In this document: in pieces, positions 13,281 through 26,213 of the stretch
Layout: each line of letters opens with the position of its first letter
How positions within the stretch are numbered: the stretch's first letter is position 1
Origin: Eledone cirrhosa
Lineage: Eukaryota
Direction of reading: 5' to 3'
Assembly (NCBI GenBank): GCA_964016885.1
Contig: OZ024746.1
Coordinates: 70,680,001-70,744,000, forward strand
Length of the DNA: 64,000 bases
Made by a program: the position numbers and the translations under genes
Notes under the pieces: generated by a model
Told to the model about the DNA's origin: nothing
Seen by the model: only the letters and a program-made list of their open reading frames with translations
Databases searched by the model: none

Positions 13281-14643
13281 CCTGATAATTGGATATCAAA
13301 CTGATTTCCTAGAAAACAATATCATCTGATTTCCAGCCAAAGATTGAGAAACATTGATCAGATTCCCTTGATTTTGAAGAGTTGCCTAGCAATTAACAGA
13401 CACACTAAATTGTCACAACTCACGGTTTTAAAATATCGATTTTAGAGAACATACAAAGATCTTGGGGCAAATAGCCAACCTCTGTATGTAGTTGTTCTGA
13501 GTCAAAGAAAGAGCTTCTGCATAGCTGCACCAAATAATGGGGGAAATTCTGCACAACTGCGTCAAGCAAATGAGGGAGACTCAACATGAATATTCAATCT
13601 GCTAAAAATAGCATTTGAATCTCCTTCCAAGCACACCCTACAAGCTTATAAAAGGAAGACATGTTGGATATGGTATCACTATGCCTAGGAAATAAACAAG
13701 ATTGTTATTGATCATATGTCTGCTTGATCAGGGCTTATCTGAGCAAAATAAAAACAAGAACTAAACAAGAACTTTTAACCTGAACTTTTAGCAACAAGAA
13801 AAGAAAATTTGTGTATTTTTTGAGACATAAGATGTACCAGTATTCGGGAAAAAATATTAAAATAATATTCAAGACTTTCATTCAGTGTATAGGACACGGG
13901 TAGATTTTTGACATAAAATTTATAGATAAAAAAAAGAGGATCATATACAGCGAAAAATATGGTAATTCAAAATAGTGACAGTGCCACGGTTAACTATATA
14001 CAGTTCAAAGTACTACTAGACTGAATGACTGCACCTCAGTCTTGCAATATACAAGTTATGATTTGTATATCTTGAGCTATTGTAGAAAGTGTGTCAAGAA
14101 CTACATGGCTATACTGTTTGATACTGCCAAGTCCCTCCACCCCACCATATTAAAACATATCCACTTATAGAGATAACACTGATAACAGCAATACATGAAG
14201 TGTTTTAGAATTTGTCATGGCCGGGTTTAAAAAGAAAATTCACTTAAAACTGATGACAAATATAATGGCAATGGCGATAATTACAAGGATCACCATCATC
14301 ACCACCACCATCACCACCACCACCATCATCATCACCACCACCACCATCATCATCACCGCCATCATTATTTTATATCTATTTTTCATGCTTGCATTAGTAT
14401 TTTAAAGAAAGTTTCCAGTCTAGCCTTGTTGTTTTTAATGAATATCTAACTCCATTCCTACCCAGCCATGGGATACCACATCTACTATGGGTGATTTGCA
14501 TAATGCCGAGTGCTTTAATTTATTGCATCATCGTTTACTAACCGGAATCACCAGTTCTACCCATTGGTAAACAACATAACATAAAATATATATTATATTA
14601 GGTATGAATCGAAGTTGTAGCTGCTATATAGCAGGTAGTAATC

Positions 14644-14660
14644 GAGTTGTTTGAGGCAAC

Positions 14661-14715
<55 letters not shown>

Positions 14716-14760
14716 TGTGGTATGTGTGTGTGTGTGTGTGTCTGTGGTGTGTGTGTGTAT
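14644..14760. repeat. (TG)n microsatellite
   Basis: Seen directly; the pure tract starts near 14665. Confidence 0.85.
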
Positions 14761-15499
14761 ACTTTAAAAGTCTCAATGCATCTATAGAATATCACATAAA
14801 TACCTAAGTGGCTTAGTGGTTAGTGTTGAACTCAGGATTATAAGGCACCGTGTTCGATTCCCAGATTAGGTGGTATATTGTCTTATTGAACTAGATATTT
14901 CATTTTATGTTGCTTTCCATGATAAAACTGGGGGAGGTGGCGTTATCATTAAAACACCCAGGAAACTTTCTATGAGATACAAGACTCGGAGAAGGAAGGC
15001 TAAACCTACATAGGTGTGAACTATAAATTTCATTTCCATGATTCATAAATTTAAGAACTTGGTTCTTTTTTTCTTTTCTTTTTTTTTTCATTAAACATTT
15101 CATTTAAAAATCAGTATGGAAGAATGAGATAATTTGTCTACAGATGCTTAAACAAATACTGCACATCACTGTAGCAAAATTAGCAGAATAAAAATAAAAG
15201 ATAAATATGGATTTATACACACATCACTGTAGTAAAACTAGCAGAATAAAAATAAAAGATAGATATGGATTTATATATGTAGTCAGTCACTCAGTATTAT
15301 CTGCAATCTGAGAAATGATTTTGAATAAAAACAAGTGCTGAAGGAGTTAAAAATCAATAAAAATACACACTATAAGATATATTTCCATAGTTTTTACATA
15401 ACTATTTGGGAAATAGTGAAATTACAATGCAAAGAAGTCTTTGTTTACTTCATAAAAAAATATAGTTAATGATAAAATACATTATTTATGAAAAAAATA

Positions 15500-15848
15500 C
15501 AGTGGAACCTCTGTTCACGAATGCCTCTCATCGTGAACAAATCGGTTCATGAGTCAAACAATTTTTCCGAACACAAAACATCTTGGTTCATGAATAGTGT
15601 CTCGAGTAGTGAACACACAAACCAGCAACAACAGTGGGCAACAAGCTTGGAGTATCAATGGGAAAACACCACTTGTTGTGTAGTTAGTTACTAGGGTGAT
15701 ATCCATCTGTCTTTCACACACAGTCTCTCTCTCTCACTGTATTTCTCTCTTAACATTTTGTATGGAAAAAAATAGTTACGGCTTATGAACATTTTAGGTG
15801 ACAACGCCCTTCAGGAATGAATTAAGTTTATGAAACAAGGTTTCACTG
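15500..15848. mobile_element. Tc1/mariner (Tigger-like) MITE
   Basis: TA-CAGTGGAACCT ... AGGTTTCACTG-TA terminal inverted repeats with TA target duplication. Confidence 0.8.
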
Positions 15849-16137
15849 TAGTTTTATTGTGAAGTTTATTTGATTAATATCTGAGAAATTACAGATATTG
15901 ATTCAACTAACTTTGTTACGATACATGTTCATTAAAGCTTTTCTGAACCTCTTATCTATCATCTTTAACACCTGTCAATATTCTAGAAGGGTCATGGATT
16001 AGCTGTATTGGTACAGCTATGGACAAAATACTTTGCGGTATTTAGTTATGATATTCTACATTCTGAGATCAAATCCGATTGAGGTCAACTTCGCCTTTCA
16101 TTCTTCTGGAGTCAATAAATTAAGTACCAGTTAATTA

Positions 16138-16420
16138 CCGGCCTAGTTGTAAGGGTGTTGGACTTACGATCATGTCGAGGGTTCAATTCCTGAACTGGGT
16201 TGTGTGTTGTGTGTTTGAGCAAAACACTTAATTTCAAGTTGCTCCAGTATACTCAGCTGAAAACAAGTAACAGTAATAGCTGGGGGGGGGGGGATAACCC
16301 TGTGATGGACTGGCGGCCTGTCCAAGGGGAAGTGTTGTACTCTCGGTCACTTCACGCCACAAAAACTGGGATAAACACTGGCCTGATGAGCCTCTGGGCT
16401 CAAGACAGACTTTAGACTTT
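16138..16420 (+). mobile_element. tRNA-derived SINE (family A, L2-type stem-loop tail)
   Basis: A-box ggcctagttgt and B-box ggttcaattcc, central aaccctgtgatggactggc, and tail ggcctgatgagcc..ggctc..cagactttagact. Siblings are at 50064 and 51275. Confidence 0.8.
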
Positions 16421-16614
16421 TAGATTCAATATAATCAACTTTGCTTTTCCCTTCAAACTTCTGGCCTTATACCAATGTTAGAAATCAATATTCTCGAACA
16501 AAGATTATTAGATAATGCAATCTTTAAAATACAGAACAGCAAAAAAGTGAACATGAAAGATGAAAGTTTATGAAAAGGAGCCAGAATTTAAAATAAAATA
16601 CACAGAGAAAACAT

Positions 16615-16935
16615 ACAGTTGCCATTGAGACCTCTGTTGTTCTCGGCCCCTGGACCGGCATTTTCCTCCACAAAACCAGGTGGAGTAGATTTTACCTGAC
16701 AAAGGAGTTTCGTGAAGTGGAATGGCTGATGCAGCGGGTGTCATTACCTGTTCCCCACTCAAGGTTTTGTCATGTTCTCCACAGGGCACAGTTGAGATGT
16801 ACTGTCCAACCAAGTGTGTAGAGATTGCTTCCTCCCATTCCCCTCATCTATTCACTTTTCTTTATTCCCCCCTTTCTCTCTCTTTTTCTTTCTGTTTGTA
16901 AATATATACAATTGAATATAAATAAATTATTATCC
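16615..16935 (+). mobile_element. Old L1/Tx1-like 3' fragment
   Basis: GC-richer coding-like remnant (FREVEWLMQRVSLP) followed by a pyrimidine tract and AATAAA. Related to the 13 kb fragment. Confidence 0.4.
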
Positions 16936-17929
16936 TTTACTTGCATTGAATAAAAACAAACTTGTGATAACAAATCTCAATAAAGATAAACAAATATAGA
17001 AACATCTTAGTTCTGTGTATCAGTCCTAGGTAGACAGAATGAGATGCAGCAGAAGCAATGCAGTTAACAGCTGTAGAATGTAATACAATTCAAGTTATAG
17101 TGACCTAAAATATGATTCATGTATCAATTGCATGAGCTGGCAAGGATATCATTAATTTCAGTTTTCATAGAATGCGTAAAAATTGTAGAAAGACATCACA
17201 TCTAAACATTAGATGCTCGGTTGGCAGAATCATTAAATCATTGGTTAAAATGCCTATGATATTTAATTGGCTTATATTTAGTCAAATTTGGTCCCCTTAC
17301 ACCAACTTTGCCTTTTATCCTTCCAGGGCTGAGAGAATAAAACAAAATTTGCAGATCACACCTATGCAGGTTTAGCTGGCCTCATACAAGGTTGCATCTC
17401 AAAGAAGATTTTCTGAATTTTTTAATGATAGGGTCCCGTCATGCTGTTGTTATAGCTCACACCTATGCAGGTTTAGCTGTCCTCCTGCAAGGTTGCATTT
17501 CATAGGGGGTTTCTTGGGTGTTTTAATGACAGGGTTCCCAATCCTATCATGAAAAGCAATGTGAAATAAAGCATCTTGCTCAAGAACACAACACACTGCC
17601 CAAATCAGGAATTGAACACACAAACTTAAGATCATGAGTCCAACCCCCTAACCACTAGACTAAGTACTAGAGTCAATTACATATTCTTATGAAGCATTCT
17701 AGATGTGAATGGAATTTTAATATAAGGCAACATATGGTAACAGTAATATTAAACTATATCCAGGCTACATCAGAGCTTTCCAAGCTGTTCACAGTCAACA
17801 CTTTTTAAAAGTAAAATTTTTGGTGACATATTAAATTTTGTTAGCTGCATGAAATTAATAAATAAACAATTATTTAAAAAAAACAAGTAAGGATTAACAT
17901 GGGGGGGGCGTTCTATAGAATATAGTAGT

Positions 17930-18210
17930 AGAACTCCATCGGTTGGTTACGACAACGAGTATTCCTGTTGATAAGATCAATGGAACGGCTCATGAAATTA
18001 ACATGCAAGTGGCTACACATACCTTTAACGTAGTTCTCAGAGGGATTCAGTGTGACACAGAATGTGACAAAGCTGGCCCTTTGAATTACAGGCACAACTC
18101 ATCTTTTTGCCAGCTGAGTGAACTGGAGCAACGTGAACTAAAGTGTCTTTCTTAAAGACACAGTGCACCACCGGGAATCAAAGTCACAGCCTTATGATCA
18201 CGCCTTCACA
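17930..18210 (-). mobile_element. tRNA-derived SINE (family B)
   Basis: Shared core tgtgacacagaatgtgacaa.gctggccctttgaattacagg..cagctgagtg.actggagcaa, also at about 20095-20340, 46725-47028 and 50350-50650. Confidence 0.75.
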
Positions 18211-20739
18211 ATATAGCAATATAATATAAATCAATATCACATCACATACCACCAGTTGTGTACCAAATTATACACAAGACTCCACTGCCAAATATTGGTA
18301 AAAATTATTCAGATTTGATTTAATTTTGTGATGCACCAAAAGATTATCAGCAACACAGTAAGGTGTCCTGACACACAATTTGGAAACGCTTGTGCTACAT
18401 GTTTAGATCATTCTTATTCTATCAACTAGACAGCAAATAAGAGACAAAATTGATGATGATGTCTGCATTGCTTACTACTGTGGTAAAAGTTAGCTAATAA
18501 TAATTGACGGAATGTAAGAAATCGACTCAACCAGACAGAGATAACAATTTGATGGCTGGAGAACAATTAGCAGCATGAGATATTTATAAATAAAGAATAG
18601 TGAACGAGGGAAAGAATGAAGACAGGGATATGAAAATGTTGTGTAACCGAAGGTCAGCCTTCAGCAAGCATACCAATGATGAAATGCATTCTAACCATGA
18701 CCATCTCATCTTTTTCTTAAGCACAATACAACCAGGATTACATTATACAATGTATTTTCCCTTAAGTCAATATAGTGTATGATTTGAAGGAGATTGGACT
18801 GCTATTTCTACCATGTAGAGGTTCTTTTGTAATTTGTAAATAAATAAATCATGAAAAATATGACAATTATAATAATTAGGAAGAAGAGAACCTAATAAGG
18901 AAATGAAGTAATTATTTGATGTATAGTATTAGACACTAATCAGTTCTAATCAACACAGTACAATGCTAATTTTAGAAACTATTATAAAAAAAAAATACAG
19001 TTCATACAGATAAAAATGGTTTTAGTTATTTTTTTCTTTTGTTAGAACAGTGAAACAGTTTGTGTAAATATACCAAATCATTATTGAAAACAGATTGCAT
19101 ATAATGCTAAAAGTATAACCATAGGCAAAAGTAACAACAATAACATCAACAAACATAGTCAACCTGATAATACTCTATAAACTTCATTACGCAAGTGAGT
19201 GACTAATAAATATGAGTGGTTTTTATTAGAGAAATATTTCCAAGAAAAGTTCATGCAGATATTTACAATTGACAGGCCATTTAACCGTATCAAATGAGAA
19301 GACAGAGATATTAAAGAAATAAAACATGAGGGGAAATTTACAAGTCACACATATGCAGCTTTAGCTGATCTCATAGGAGGTCTCTTGAGTGTTTTAATGA
19401 TAGCGATTCCAGGCCTTTCATGAAAAGTTATGTGAAATAAAACATTGTACTCAAGGACACACCATAACTAATAGGCAATGTGTTTTCACATTAGTTAATG
19501 AAATACAAAAAAAAAAATTTACTATTTTAGCAGAACAAGATAAAATGTCTCCATTGGCTTGATTGAGGGGCCAACTTTACAGATTAAGGTAATTAGGAAC
19601 ATAAACACTAATCAGTAGCTAGCCAGCATACAGGGAGACCTGAATTAATCCTGAAATCAATACCAACTCTTAACAAAAGAATAAAAAAGGGATAAAAAAT
19701 AGAAACAAACAAAAAATAAAAGCTAATAGAGAAGATAACTAACTAACATAGAAAACTAACTAACATAGAAAACCAATAGTAGTCTTAATACAAATCTTCC
19801 ATATACAAATGAAACAAGAACAGGACAGTTTCACTGTGACAGAGATGTATAAAGGAAACCAAGTGACTACAAATTTGCTTTTGTTAACCCTGAGAAAACT
19901 GCATTAATATTTCAATTAATTAGATTGCTCATCAGAAAAAAAGTATGATGTATATATGGCCTTAGGGCAGAAACAGTAAAAATAGAAACACTCCAAAAGC
20001 TAAACATAAACTTACGTTTTGTTTGGTTTCATTTACTGAAATGTAACATAGTTGGATAGATTTACTGTACATGTAATATGTAATATAATTTAGTGAAGGC
20101 ATGTGGTTTAGTGGTTATTGGGAATTCAATTCCCAGTGGCATGTTGTGTCCTCAAACAAGACAGTTGCTCCAGTTCATTCAACTGGCAAAAATTAACTGT
20201 ACCTTTAATTCCAAGAGCCAGTCTCAAAACCCACAGTGTCCTGCTGAATCTCCTTACGAATTACATTAAAGGAACACATTAGTTTCATGAGCAGGAAGTT
20301 CCATTATTCTAACAATTGGATCACTCATTGTCAGAACCAACAGATGTCAGCACATAATATGAATTAGTTGGATGGATTATGTTTAAAGAAACTAAATGAT
20401 CTAAACAACTGGGTTGCTTATGACAAACTGAAACAGTGACAAACTGAAACAGTAGACATGTGATGAACAGACAATAACTGAGATAAATGTACTATAGAAT
20501 AACAATTACCTGATAAGAAAATATATAATGTATTTTGAAAGCTAGATCAGTTTGAAAAATATATTGCAGTCGCCATCGAATATTGCAAGAACTGGCGATT
20601 AGCCTGCAACCTGTCCTGGGGGGCATGGGATGGATCCACAATCATCATCATCATCATCATGGTTGTGTATTCCAAGACCCCAAAGTGGGACCGGAAGAGA
20701 GCAAACCATAACACTCCAAAAATATAAACGACATATCTT

Positions 20740-21090
20740 ATTTATCTATTTTAATTGTTAGGTCTGGAGAAAGGGGCAGTATCCATGCCCAGGTCCTTGG
20801 AGGCCAGTGAGTTTGAAACTGTCAATATTCTGCTTAATTTGCTGCAAATTGAAGCTTGCTTGTAGAAAAGAAATGAGCAAGGAGAGGCTTTCAGAGGGGG
20901 GGGGGGGTCAATCTGGGCATAATGATTAATGTAGGGCAAAGGTGGTTGGACACAACATAGGTGTGATAAGAAGAGGAGAGACAAGTATGAGTAGATTCGA
21001 AGTGCCTGAATTGAGGTGATAATGAGACCAGCCAGCTCTGAGGAGCAGTAAGAATAAGAGTCTATAAAATAATGTTTGTCATATTTGTCC
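20740..21090 (-). mobile_element. Old LINE (L2/CR1/Jockey-group) 3' fragment
   Basis: Minus-strand peptide YCSSELAGL...SFLF resembles the C-terminal thumb region of such LINEs. Confidence 0.45.
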
Positions 21091-21863
21091 ATCAGTCATG
21101 CTATGATGTCACAGTATTGTTTCTAAGGAGATTTCATACGTTTAAAGCGCACTTGTAGAGAAAAAAAAAGTTTTAAAAATGTCCTACAGTCAAGTTATTT
21201 TTTGTTTTGTTTTCTTATAAAAAATGTTGTATCTTTCAATTATATCTACATTACTGTCTGTCACTCTCTCTTTCTCTCTCTCTCTCCTTCTCTGTATTTA
21301 TATATGTATCTCCATCTATACATAGGGTTAATGAGTCAGTTAAGGGAACAAGCTAGAGGACATAAACAAACAGCACTGGTTAGGCTGAGCAAACGTAAAT
21401 ACAGACATGGGCATACACTATATCATTCATCCTTAAGGGGGTCGATAAAATAAAGTACCAGTAATACACTGGGATAATTGCTGGCCTTGTGCCAAAAGTA
21501 GAAACAATTATTAAAATAGTTATGAAGAAATAAAGTCGGGGTGGGGTATTAAACTATAGTTATGCATATATATCATCATCATCATCATCATTTAACATTC
21601 ACTTTCCTGCTAGCAAGACATACACATAACTATTTCTATATTTGGCACAATGCCAGCAATTTCAAGGGCACACTTCTTGGGAAAAAATATTTGTTACACA
21701 TTAATTACCATATATACTCGTATATAAGCCAAGAAATATGAGACAAAAAAAAGATGGTAAAATGGGGAGTTGACTTAATTTTGAGATCAATATTTTGTTG
21801 ATTTTCACTATTTTCAGAATTAACATATGCTATGTTAATTCTGCATAAAATATTTTTGCTTTG

Positions 21864-22702
21864 TAGGTGAATATTACACCAGTTTCACTTTGGAGTTAAA
21901 TATTACGTTGGTTTCACTTTGGAGTTAAATATTACATTGGTTTCACTTTGGAGTTAAATATTACATTGGTTTCACTTTGGAGTTAAATATTACATTGGTT
22001 TCACTTTGGAGTTAAATATTACATTGGTTTCACTTTGGAGTTAAATATTACATTGGTTTCACTTTGGAGTTAAATATTACATTGGTTTCACTTTGGAGTT
22101 AAATATCACATTGGTTTCACTTTGGAGGTGAATATTACATTGGTTTCACTTTGGAGGTGAATATTACATTGGTTTCACTTTGGAGTTAAATATTACATTG
22201 GTTTCACTTTGGAGGTGAATATTACATTGGTTTCACTTTGGAGGTGAATATCACATTGGTTTCACTTTGGAGGTGAATATCACATTGGTTTCACTTTGGA
22301 GTTAAATATTACATTGGTTTCACTTTGGAGGTGAATATTACATTGGTTTCACTTTGGAGGTGAATATTACATTGGTTTCACTTTGAAGGTGAATATCACA
22401 TTGGTTTCACTTTGAAGGTGAATATCACATTGGTTTCACTTTGGAGGTGAATATCACATTGGTTTCACTTTGGAGGTGAATATCACATTGGTTTCACTTT
22501 GGAGGTGAATATCACATTGGTTTCACTTTGGAGTTAAATATTACATTGGTTTCACTTTGGAGGTGAATATTACATTGGTTTCACTTTGGAGGTGAATATT
22601 ACATTGGTTTCACTTTGGAGGTGAATATTACATTGGTTTCACTTTGGAGGTGAATATCACATTGGTTTCACTTTGGAGGTGAATATTACATTGGTTTCAT
22701 TT
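21864..22702. repeat. 29 bp minisatellite, about 29 units (GGAG[TTA/GTG]AATAT[T/C]ACATTGGTTTCACTTT)
   Basis: Period measured directly (units at 21921, 21950, ...). There are no unique spacers. Confidence 0.97.
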
Positions 22703-22789
22703 TCCAGTGAAATTCTTATTTCCTATTGTTTTTGATGTTTTGAATAAATATGGTCTTCAAAACAGTAAGAAATTGGTAAAAAATATTGG

Positions 22790-22986
22790 TTGCAAGGCCA
22801 ACAATTTTTGGGAAGAGGAAAATTGATTAAATCGGTCCCAGTGCATTACTGGTACTTTATTTTATTGGCCCCGTAAGGACAAAAGGCAAAGCTAACCTTG
22901 GCAGGATTTGAACACAGATCGTAAAGGACTGTAACTCAATGCCATAAAGCATGTTGTCCGATGCTCCACTGATACTGCCAATCCAC
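22790..22986 (-). mobile_element. tRNA-derived SINE (family C)
   Basis: Core cattactggtactttattttat..ccccgtaagga..aaaggcaaag.taacct..ggatttgaac, with many siblings in the window. Confidence 0.75.
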
Positions 22987-25900
22987 AAATCCAATATCAA
23001 AATATTAAAACTTCATAAATATAATGGATTTGGATTTTTGCCTATTTCTCAGACATAACATGGGGGGGGGGGGGGGGCTTATATTTGAGCATATAACTTT
23101 TGTTAATGACATGAAATTGACAAAATTACAAAAATAAATATGTCATATTGTGATCAGTAACATGACTAAGTGGACACAGGATGATCAGATTGCAGCAGTA
23201 ATTTGAACTCTTGGCAAAGTAGGTCAGTGTGACAACATGCTGACCTTGTAACACATAGATGTTCAGCTTTTCTTTGTCTCAAACTAACACCAGTTAGTCT
23301 AGAGAAACTGACCAACAAGCGATTTTTTAGATAATATTTTCAGGGGACAAAGCTGCTCCCAGTCAATCGTTACATTTTCAGAATTCCTACCAACGAGCTA
23401 AGATGTAGTGGTCAATTGTCTCCCATACAGACTCCTTTGGATCTCTCTCTCTCTATTAGTCTCATTGCCAGGCCAACGAAGTTCATCGCATCAACAAAAG
23501 TTTGGTAAATACAATCTTCTTTCACCTACATTCTACACAGCTGTGACCACACAACTGAGCAATCCAAGTAAGTACACACAACGGAATCAATGCCACAACA
23601 CACCACCATCTCATTTTAGCATCCAACACACTATAATAAGAGCTGCTATAAAATCTCAGATGGTGCATTGTGTTCTTGAATAAGACACTTCATTTCATGT
23701 TGCTTTTTCATGATAGGTTTGGGGAGCCCTATCATTAAAACACCCAAGAAACCTCTGAAGAAAGATGAGTGTGGCATAATAGCCAAGATGCAGATACTAG
23801 TCTGAATAAGTCTCCTTTCAACTTTTTTTTACGATAGGACTAGGGCCCATATCATTAAAACACCCAAGAAACCTCATGTAAGATACAACTTCGTTGGAGG
23901 CCAACTAAACTTGCATACATGTGAAATGTAAACTTCATTTTCACTTTTTAATCTCCAGATTAAGCAACCTCAAGAAACACAACTTGAGAAAAGAAGTGGT
24001 TGCTTTCAATAGTTGCCATTAAACTTCAATGTTACTAAGATTAATAAATTTTCTGAACATATGTATATAAGATGCACCCCTCTCTTAGTCAGTCTAGGTA
24101 CTGATCTTTGCTAGCAGAGAAAATGGATATTAAATGATGATAAATGTACCCCCTATCAAATATTCTGGCAATACTATGAAAAAATATTTGGCTTTGAACA
24201 AATGGCAGCAAAAACAATTCAGCTCATTAATCTTTAAATAAACCTAAAGTAAGTTAACCAATTCAATAAAGAACAGATTTCATATGACATATTAAAATTT
24301 TTTTTTTTTTTTTCTAGTAAACAAATTATTTTGAAAAAAAATGTCAGTTATGACTAATAGGTTGTTTAATGAATGTCTGTTTGTTTTGGGGGTTGGTTGG
24401 TTGGTGGACTAATTTGTTTCAATTCAAATAAGGATACACAAACACTCACACACAAAATAAAAGCCCTGACTATATGAGCATTTATCTCCTTTTATATCTG
24501 TTAGAAAAGAATGCAAAATTAATTAGAAATAGCATTAGCATTAGTATTCAGCTGATAATTAATAATTGGTAGATACATTCTCCATGTCACAAACACACAT
24601 ATTTATCTAAATGATATACATATATAAACTGTCTAAAAGAGCGATATAGGTGTAATTTAACAATGTAATTCAAGACTAATAATAATTGCTTATCTTCCAC
24701 TAATTTACATGAAAAACACTGGATAAAGCAGAGCTATGAGCAACGACATTCCAACCATGACCAACCTGTTTCATCCTTACGGGGGTCAATAAAATAAAAC
24801 ACCAGTAACATACTGGGATCAATTTAATTGACTTTCTCAAGAAACTACAATAAAAAAAAATACATTCTTGAAAAGTACAAAACAAAACTATGACAGTATC
24901 ACATTAAAAATTGGTCTTTACTTTAGTTTACTGCATATTTTCATAATAATAAATACTAGAACCATTTGAATTAACAAACCGATTTTTAGATATTGTCTGC
25001 TAAATTGTTACAAGATGTTAAGAGTTAATTACTCTTTTATTCTTTTACCTGCTCCAGCCAACAGGCTGAGGCCATACTGGGGCCCAACCATTAAAATTAG
25101 TAAGACCTTCTGAGTGTAGATCCTGACAGAGATTGAACTCCAGACCAGGATCTCCACCTTCTCTAATATCAACCATTAAGCCACTGTTGTTTTTCTTTTT
25201 ACTGCTTAATCGGTGAGCAAAGGAGGAAGGTATCCTTAAACTAAATATCTAACACAAATACTTGTAACAGAAAGAGCTCTGCTAAAGCACCCTTTAGGCA
25301 TCCTACAAAACTATCCTTGTATCCAGTCAAAAAGAAGTGAATATCATTATTAAACTATATTCAGATACACATAATACATGGTGACCTTCAAATTTCATTT
25401 CATTCATACATACCATTATGTGACAAAAAATATCAATAGTAAAATGATGGGAGGGTCAGCTTATATTCAAAGTCAATATTTTGACAAAATATATCTCTAT
25501 GGGGTAAAAGGATAGACTATTATATATCAAATTTTAATGATTTTCAATTAATAATCTGACAGATTTAAAAAATGTTAACCAGCTCACAATGTGTTCGCTT
25601 TTTTCGCGAAGATGTGTTCGTGAACGCAGAATGTAAAGGAAATTCATGTAATGCAAGTCACGTATTTCTGATAGAGAAAAAAATTTTAAACCATACACGT
25701 TATTCGCACAAAATGAGTATTTAATAATATTTTTTCAAGAGGCGTTAAAGCGAATTTGTGTACTTCAAATCCGCATAAAAAGTGAACAGACTGTACACGG
25801 TTTTTTTTTTAAAATCAAACTGAGTGTACTAATGAAGTAATAAAGACAAGTATATATTTTTTTCAATTACATCAGTGTTGAATATTGAATTCTTTAGTTA

Positions 25901-26213
25901 ACTGAGTAAGGTGGTAGGCTGATGCAAGATGAGTGTAATTGTAAAAATCTACCTAAAGCTATACTTGTAATATTAAAAATTGGTGCCTAGATTTTTAAGG
26001 CACCCATTTCATTCTATGCTTATATTAAATAAAAATCTGTTACAATCGGGAGATTGCACTATTGTTATATGCTAAACAAAAAAAAGAAACAAAATACTCC
26101 CATCATTTGAGTAGCTGAAGGTAAAGAAAAATTCAAGAAACTTGTTCAAACTTTAAATAATGATAAAAAATCATTATGAAATGGAGTTGTGAAACAAAAC
26201 CTATACTCTAAAC

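Larger units (their letters stand above)
21707..23097. mobile_element. Tc1/mariner (pogo-like) non-autonomous element carrying a 29 bp minisatellite
   Basis: Left end taccatatatactcgtatataagc and right end gcttatatttgagcatata. The subterminal sequence is shared with the 25410-28758 copy. Confidence 0.6.

Noticed and set aside
14808-14862. tRNA gene (A and B boxes)
   Set aside because: No cloverleaf or acceptor stem; it is a SINE head, as in the other copies.
16380-16412. CTGATGA plus hairpin in family A SINE tails (also near 50307 and 51524) as a hammerhead
   Set aside because: No correctly placed GAAA, helix III or UH. It is the LINE-derived 3' stem-loop.
21864-22702. CRISPR-like array of 29 bp repeats
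   Set aside because: The units are head-to-tail with no unique spacers, there are no cas genes, and the context is eukaryotic.
23404-23610. Second LTR-like segment starting tgtagtg
   Set aside because: No clear matching end, TSD or PBS.
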